The notes beneath the pieces were generated by a model. The model was not told where the DNA came from and did not search any database. It was given only the letters and a program-made list of their open reading frames with translations. Position numbers and translations under genes: made by a program. A stretch of 64,000 nucleotides of DNA. Origin: Candidatus Dormiibacterota bacterium (GTDB lineage Bacteria; Chloroflexota; Dormibacteria; Aeolococcales; Aeolococcaceae). Below, one piece after another: positions 58,677-64,000 of this stretch; the first letter of the stretch is position 1; every line of letters begins with the position of its first letter. The DNA lies in contig DASZKZ010000035.1 in NCBI GenBank assembly GCA_035552595.1, positions 9,205 through 73,204 of the forward strand, given 5' to 3'.

Positions 58677-59435
58677 GTGGGCCCGGTTCAGGTGGAGCGA
58701 GACGGTGGCGTGATGGTGGTCACCATCAACCGTCCCGAGGTGCGCAACGCCGTCGACCGGCGCACCGCGGACGCGCTCGCCGCCGCGTTCCGTGAGTTCG
58801 AAGGTGACGCCTCGCTCGCCGTCGCGGTCCTCACGGGTGCCGGCGGATGCTTCTGTGCCGGCGCCGACCTGCGCGGCATCGCTGCGCTGCGCGCCGCCGA
58901 GGACGGCGAGGCCCCGCTGGGGATCTCCCGCATGCTGCTGACCAAGCCGGTCATCGCCGCCGTGGAGGGCCACGCTGTGGCCGGTGGTCTGGAGATCGCG
59001 CTCTGGTGCGATCTTCGGGTCGCCGCCGAGGGGGCTGTGTTCGGGGTCTTCTGCCGTCGCTTCGGGGTGCCGCTCATGGACGGTGGAACGATCCGCCTGC
59101 CTCGGCTCGTCGGACAGGGACGCGCTCTGGACATGATCCTGACCGGACGTCCTGTGGGAGCGGCTGAGGCGCTGAGGATGGGTCTTGTCGATCGGCTCGT
59201 CGGCGATGGGGAGGCGCTCCAGGCCGCGCTCGCGCTCGCCCGCGAGCTCGCTGAGCTGCCGCAGACGTGTCTGCGCTCGGACCGGATGTCGGTGTACGAG
59301 CAGTGGTCGTTGCCCACGGCCGACGCACTGATCAACGAGCGCCGGCGTGGCCTCGAGGTCATCAACAGTGGCGAGACGGCGCGGGGCGCAGCCCGGTTCG
59401 CGGCCGGCGAGGGGCGCCACGGCGAGGTGATCTGA
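58677..59435 (+). CDS. enoyl-CoA hydratase/isomerase (crotonase) family protein
   Basis: GTG start; oxyanion-hole motifs LTGAGGCFCAGADL and AAVEGHAVAGGLEIALWCD. Confidence 0.85.
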   Translation: MGPVQVERDGGVMVVTINRPEVRNAVDRRTADALAAAFREFEGDASLAVAVLTGAGGCFCAGADLRGIAALRAAEDGEAPLGISRMLLTKPVIAAVEGHAVAGGLEIALWCDLRVAAEGAVFGVFCRRFGVPLMDGGTIRLPRLVGQGRALDMILTGRPVGAAEALRMGLVDRLVGDGEALQAALALARELAELPQTCLRSDRMSVYEQWSLPTADALINERRRGLEVINSGETARGAARFAAGEGRHGEVI

Positions 59436-59475
59436 CGGCGGCGGTGGCGACCGCAGCTGATCTCGATCTGTCAGC

Positions 59476-60795
59476 GTGGCACGGGTGCTGAACCCGCGCG
59501 ACACGCCCCCGACCTATCGCCGCCTCTTCGCCGTGGCCGGTTTCGGCCGGCTGGCGGGCGCCGGGCTGGTCGCCCGCAGCGCCGCCAGCATGCAGGCGCT
59601 GGTGCTCGTTCTCTTCGTGCTGGAGCGCTTCCGCTCGCCCCCGCTGGCCGGCCTGGTGGTCTTCCTCAGCATCGTGCCCGGGCTGCTCATCAGCCCGGTC
59701 GCCGGCGCCCTGCTCGATCGCCACCGGCGCGTTCTGCTGATCACCCTCGATTACGTCGTCGCAGCCATCGCGCTGGGCGCCGTGGCCGGCCTCGACGCTG
59801 CGGGCCATCTCCCGGCGGGAGCTCTGCTGGGGATCGTCAGCATCGGGTCGCTGACCAGCCCGCTGAGCAACTCGGGGACGCGATCGCTGTTCCCGGTGCT
59901 GGTGCCGCGCCGCCTCTGGGAGAGGGCCAACGCCGTCGACAGCGGGGCGTTCGTGGTGGCAGGCATCGCCGGGCCCGCGCTGGCCGGCGTGCTCTTCGGC
60001 GTGGTCGGCGCGGTGCCGGCCCTGCTGGCCACAGCCGCGCTCTATCTGCTGGGCGTGGTTCTTCTCCAGGGAATGGCCGAACCCGACGTGCCCGGAGTGG
60101 CCCGGCGCTCGCTGGCCGCCGACGCTTATGCCGGACTGCGCTACGTGGTGCGCCATCGCGAGCTGCGCGGGCTGGCGGTGGTCACCGCGCTCAGCAACGT
60201 CGCCTTCGGGATCGTCACGGTGGGCATGCCGGTGCTGCTGCTCTCTCAGCTCCACGTGGGGCCCGGCAGCGTGGGCGTGATGTACGCGGTCATGGGAGTC
60301 GCGGGGCTGATCGCCGGTGCGCTCGCCGGACGGATGAACTCCGAGGATCGCGAGGTGTGGTTCATCGTGGCCGGCTGCGTGGCGACCGTGGTCTCCATGG
60401 TGGTCATGCTGGCCGCCGCCGGCGTCGGAGGCGGGCTCGTCGCCGTCGCCGTCGCCATGGCCCTGTTCGGGATCGGCAACGGTCCCTACGACATCGGCAT
60501 GTTCTCCCTGCGCCAGCGGGTCATCGCGCCGGCGTGGATGGGTCGCGCCTTCGCGGTGTCGATGAGCCTCAACTACATCGGGGCGCCCATCGGTTCGGTG
60601 CTTGCCGGGCCGATCGTGGTGCGCAGCCTGGCGGTGGCGTTCGCTGTCGCCGTGCTCGCCGTCATGGCAGCCACGGTGCTGGCGACGGTGATGCTCCGCC
60701 CGCCCCACGGCGGTGGTTCGGGGACCGCCCCTGACGGCGAGCACCACTCAGAGCCGGTGCCGGCCCGCCCGCGCTCACGCGTGGCGGCCGAGTGA
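59476..60795 (+). CDS. MFS transporter (12 TM)
   Basis: GTG start; 12 predicted TM, GxLLDRHRRR motif-A-like loop; 439 aa. Confidence 0.8.
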   Translation: MARVLNPRDTPPTYRRLFAVAGFGRLAGAGLVARSAASMQALVLVLFVLERFRSPPLAGLVVFLSIVPGLLISPVAGALLDRHRRVLLITLDYVVAAIALGAVAGLDAAGHLPAGALLGIVSIGSLTSPLSNSGTRSLFPVLVPRRLWERANAVDSGAFVVAGIAGPALAGVLFGVVGAVPALLATAALYLLGVVLLQGMAEPDVPGVARRSLAADAYAGLRYVVRHRELRGLAVVTALSNVAFGIVTVGMPVLLLSQLHVGPGSVGVMYAVMGVAGLIAGALAGRMNSEDREVWFIVAGCVATVVSMVVMLAAAGVGGGLVAVAVAMALFGIGNGPYDIGMFSLRQRVIAPAWMGRAFAVSMSLNYIGAPIGSVLAGPIVVRSLAVAFAVAVLAVMAATVLATVMLRPPHGGGSGTAPDGEHHSEPVPARPRSRVAAE

Positions 60796-60924
60796 CCGGG
60801 GATCCGCGCGGGGCGCGGCGGACGGCGTGCGGCGGCTGCTGAGTACAATCGGGCTTCCAGCCATCCAGATTCCCTGAGAACATTCCTGCTGCCTGCGGGC
60901 GGCCCGAAGGAGGTGATTCCGACC

Positions 60925-61107
60925 GTGTCGGAGGTCAAAGTCCGCGAGGGCGAGACCTTTGAGAGCGCTCTGCGCCGCTTCAACAAGAAGATCAAGCAGA
61001 ACGGCATCCTCTCAGAGGTGCGCCGCCGCGAGCACTACGAAAAGCCATCGGTCCGCCGCAAGCGCAAGCTCGTCGCCGCCAAGAAGCGTCGCGCCAAAGC
61101 AGGCTGA
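60925..61107 (+). CDS. rpsU: 30S ribosomal protein S21
   Basis: GTG 10 nt after AAGGAGG; [24 protein letters not shown]...[11 protein letters not shown]21 signature; TACAAT -10-like at ~60845. Confidence 0.85.
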   Translation: MSEVKVREGETFESALRRFNKKIKQNGILSEVRRREHYEKPSVRRKRKLVAAKKRRAKAG

Positions 61108-61195
61108 GCCACCTGTTTCGCGAGCAGCCCGGGGCCAGGAGCGGTGCAGGCGCAGCCGCGCCGCACTGCTCTCCAGCGCGTCCACCGCGATCCAG

Positions 61196-61642
61196 TTGAG
61201 GGTCACCATCCGCCGCGCGGAGAGCGTCACCGGCGCGGCCCACGGGACGATTCGCCGCGCCGCCCTGGGGCCGCTGCTGCGCCGCTGCGGTGAGGCGCTG
61301 GCGGTCGGGCCGAGGGTGTCGCTGGGGCTGCTGCTCAGCGACGACGAGGAGCTGCGCGACCTCAACCGCCGCTTCCTCGGGGTGGACGCGCCCACCGATG
61401 TGCTCGCCTTCCCGGGGGACGACTCGGACCGCGCCGGGGACATCGCCATCAGCGTGGAGCGAGCCGTCGCCCAGGACGACGGCGACGGAACCGCGGAGCT
61501 GCGCCTTCTCGCCGTGCACGGTCTTCTGCACTGCCTCGGACACGATCACGCCGGCGCTGAGGCAGCCGCGTCGATGACGGCGGCGACGCGCGCGCTGTTG
61601 CCGGATCAGGACGTGCCTGATCTCGAGACGCCACCGGACTGA
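61196..61642 (+). CDS. ybeY: rRNA maturation endoribonuclease YbeY
   Basis: TTG start giving 148 aa; PTDVLAFP and zinc motif HGLLHCLGHDH. Confidence 0.8.
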   Translation: MRVTIRRAESVTGAAHGTIRRAALGPLLRRCGEALAVGPRVSLGLLLSDDEELRDLNRRFLGVDAPTDVLAFPGDDSDRAGDIAISVERAVAQDDGDGTAELRLLAVHGLLHCLGHDHAGAEAAASMTAATRALLPDQDVPDLETPPD

Positions 61643-62217
61643 TGGCCAGCCTCGTCATCGGACTCGGCAACCCCGGCGGCGAGTACGCCCACACGCGTCA
61701 CAACGTGGGCTGGATGTGCCTCGACCAGCTGGAGTCCCGAGGCCGTTTCGGCCGGGCACGTCGGGAGGGGCCGGCGCGCGTGCGCGAGGGCAGCCTCGAC
61801 GGCTACGACGTGGTCACCGCGCGCCCGCAGACGTACATGAACCTGTCGGGCAAGGCCGCGACCCACCTGCTGCGCAGATACGGAATGCCCACCGAGGACC
61901 TGATCGTCGTCCACGACGAGGTCGACCTGCCCCTGGGGCGGATCCGGCTCAAGCGCGGGGGAGGGGCGGCCGGCAACAAGGGCGTGCTCTCCATAGCGGA
62001 CGCGCTGCGCAGCCAGGACTTCACGCGGGTCCGCATCGGTGTCTCGCGCCCCGAGGACCGCGAGCAGATGGTCGACTACGTCCTCGACGGCTTCAGCCCC
62101 GAGGAGCGCCCCCGCCTCGCCGCGGTCCTGGGGCGTGCGGCCGACGCTGTCACCGCCATCGTCCGCGATGGGCTGGAACGCGCCATGACCGAGTACAACC
62201 GTGCCCCTGACGACTGA
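61642..62217 (+). CDS. pth: peptidyl-tRNA hydrolase
   Basis: TGATG overlap with ybeY; LVIGLGNPGGEYAHTRHNVG signature; 191 aa. Confidence 0.9.
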   Translation: MASLVIGLGNPGGEYAHTRHNVGWMCLDQLESRGRFGRARREGPARVREGSLDGYDVVTARPQTYMNLSGKAATHLLRRYGMPTEDLIVVHDEVDLPLGRIRLKRGGGAAGNKGVLSIADALRSQDFTRVRIGVSRPEDREQMVDYVLDGFSPEERPRLAAVLGRAADAVTAIVRDGLERAMTEYNRAPDD

Positions 62218-64000
62218 GCTGGCGACGCTGCGCTCGCGCCTCGACGGCGTGCCCGGGCTGCGCCGGCTGCGCACCCTGGAGCGCGGCACTGTCGGCGGCG
62301 TCCCCGCCGGAGCCACGGCCCTGCTCGCCTGGTGGGTGCGCGAGGCCACTGGCGTTCCCGTGGTGCTGGTGGGCAGCGATGCCGAATCGCTCAGCATCGA
62401 TGCCGCGCTGTGGGGCGGCACCGCGTCGCTGGGGGTGTTCCCCGCCGCCGACACCCCGCCCTTCGACCGCGTCCCGCCCTCGGAGGAGGTCACGCGGCGG
62501 CGCCTGGCCTCCCTGGCGCTGCTCTCCGGCGGCACCGCGCCGCTGATCGTCGCCTCGCCCGCGGGGCTGCTCCGGCCGGCCTTGCCGCTGGACCTGGTGC
62601 GCGGTGCCACGATGCGGCTGCGCAGCGGTGAGCCGCAGTCCCGCGACGCCTTCATCCGGCGCGCCGTCGACCTCGGCTATCGCCGGGTGAGCGCGGTCTC
62701 GGGGCCTGGGGAGATCGCGGTGCGGGGCGGCATCGTCGACGTCTTCGGCCTCGACCGGGCCCGGCCCTGGCGCGCGGAATGGTTCGGCGACGAGATCGAG
62801 GAGCTGCGCGCCTTCGATGTCGAGACCCAGACCTCGGTGGCCAAGCTGAGCGAGGTGTCGGTGTGGCCGGCGCGCGAGCTCGACCTCCGCGCTGCCACCG
62901 TGGAGCGCGCGCTTCGCGAGGTCGACGCCCTCGACGTCTCCGTCTGCCGAGAGGAGGTGCGTGAGGCGTGGGAGCGCGACCGCGACCAGCTGCGCGAGGG
63001 GACCTATGACGAGGGCGTCGACCTCTTCTATCCGTACCTTCTGGGAAGCAGCCCCACCTCGCTCCTCGATCACGCCGGCCACGCCGCCGTGGTGCTGCTC
63101 GCCGGTGGTCGCGAAGCGCTGTTGCGCAACGCGCGACGCCACGCCGAGGAGATCGAGAACCTCCGCGCCCAGGAGGAGGAGCGCGGCGAGCTGCCGGTGG
63201 GTGCACGCACCGGCCTGCTCACCCCGGCCGAGCTGCTCGCCGTCCTCGACCGCCACCGCGTCATCGAGCTGGTGCGCGAGCCCGAGGGCGACACCGTTCT
63301 CGACTGGCGAGGGGTGGAGGGATTCGTGGGGCGGATGGACGCCTTCAGCGCGAGCGTGCGGTCGCGGACCTCCGCGGGCGCGACGCTGGTGGTGGTGAGC
63401 CGCCAGCAGCATCGCGTCGAGGAGCTGGTGCGCGACGACGGCAACGATCCCATCGACCTGGTGGAGCTGGACGGGAACGCCACAGTCCTTCCCGCCGGGG
63501 CCCTGGCCGTGACCGGGGGTGATCTCTCGGCGGGATTCTCCGCGCCCGACATCGGCCTGGAGGTGTACACCGACCACGAGCTGTTCGGGGCGGTGAAGCG
63601 CCGCGGGTCGCCGCTGGCGCGGGGGGCGCGCCGCGCCGAGTCGACGTCCGCGCGCGGCGCGCGCCGGGCGGCCTCGGGGAACGCCGCCCACGCGGCCTTC
63701 GTCATGCAGTTCACGCCCGGCGACGTGGTGGTGCACCGCGATCACGGCATCGGCCGATTCCTGGAGATGCGCACCGTCAGCGACGCGCTCGGCGAGCACG
63801 AGTACATGGCCATCGAGTACGCCGACTCCGACAGGCTGTTCGTCCCTGTCGACCACCTCGACCGGGTCGACCGCTACGTGGGAGGCGCCGACTCGCATCC
63901 CCACCTCTCGCGGCTCGGGACCGGGGAGTGGGAGCGGGTCAAACGCCGTGTCAAGGAGCGTACCGAGGAGGTCGCGCGCGAGCTGCTCACCCTCTATTCG
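62201..64000 (+). CDS. mfd: transcription-repair coupling factor Mfd, N-terminal ~600 codons (3' end outside window)
   Basis: GTG overlapping pth 3' end by 17 nt; UvrB-homology N-terminal modules and RNAP-interacting motif FTPGDVVVHRDHGIGRF...YADSDRLFVPVDHLDRVDRYVG; not in the ORF track because it has no stop within the window. Confidence 0.85.
   Translation, partial: MPLTTELATLRSRLDGVPGLRRLRTLERGTVGGVPAGATALLAWWVREATGVPVVLVGSDAESLSIDAALWGGTASLGVFPAADTPPFDRVPPSEEVTRRRLASLALLSGGTAPLIVASPAGLLRPALPLDLVRGATMRLRSGEPQSRDAFIRRAVDLGYRRVSAVSGPGEIAVRGGIVDVFGLDRARPWRAEWFGDEIEELRAFDVETQTSVAKLSEVSVWPARELDLRAATVERALREVDALDVSVCREEVREAWERDRDQLREGTYDEGVDLFYPYLLGSSPTSLLDHAGHAAVVLLAGGREALLRNARRHAEEIENLRAQEEERGELPVGARTGLLTPAELLAVLDRHRVIELVREPEGDTVLDWRGVEGFVGRMDAFSASVRSRTSAGATLVVVSRQQHRVEELVRDDGNDPIDLVELDGNATVLPAGALAVTGGDLSAGFSAPDIGLEVYTDHELFGAVKRRGSPLARGARRAESTSARGARRAASGNAAHAAFVMQFTPGDVVVHRDHGIGRFLEMRTVSDALGEHEYMAIEYADSDRLFVPVDHLDRVDRYVGGADSHPHLSRLGTGEWERVKRRVKERTEEVARELLTLYS

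Noticed and set aside
62150-63904. 584-aa minus-strand ORF
   Set aside because: Antisense to mfd. The + strand frame contains the diagnostic Mfd motifs.

Overview
The window is a 64 kb, ~70% GC bacterial chromosomal segment with dense coding on both strands. Many genes use GTG/TTG starts and overlap their neighbour by 1-4 nt (ATGA/TGATG junctions). Most content is core housekeeping: zwf-glk, a polar amino-acid ABC transporter operon, glmU-prs, corC, recO, glyQS, ppdK, dnaG-rpoD, lepA-hemW, hrcA(CIRCE)-grpE-dnaJ, rsmE-mtaB-HIT, rny, rpsU-ybeY-pth-mfd and two tRNAs (Gln-TTG, Asn-GTT). The lepA..mtaB block resembles the Bacillus yqe region but lacks dnaK and prmA. Accessory or unusual pockets are listed here. 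(1) An inverted ChlD-ChlI-like AAA+/VWA pair at 37.3-40.6 kb with no large chelatase subunit nearby, preceded by a structured 177-nt leader; a patatin gene converges on it. (2) A tRNA-Gln-adjacent block holding a YdbS/YdbT PH-domain pair and a DUF222-HNH endonuclease. (3) A signal-less, prodomain-less papain-type cysteine protease. (4) A trio of unannotatable proteins (basic R/G/P-rich, small, and HTH plus acidic IDR plus coiled coil) at 24.5-26.7 kb. (5) A single-chain UvrD-like helicase fused to a Cas4/RecB-type Fe-S nuclease next to a LysR regulator. (6) A tRNA-Asn-adjacent block with a DUF4234 membrane protein and a RadC/JAB protein behind a palindromic operator. (7) Several apparent leaderless promoters with a TAnACT hexamer 8 nt from the ATG. 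No CRISPR array, transposase, integrase or rRNA was seen. The many long ORFs antisense to confident genes are treated as GC-driven artefacts.
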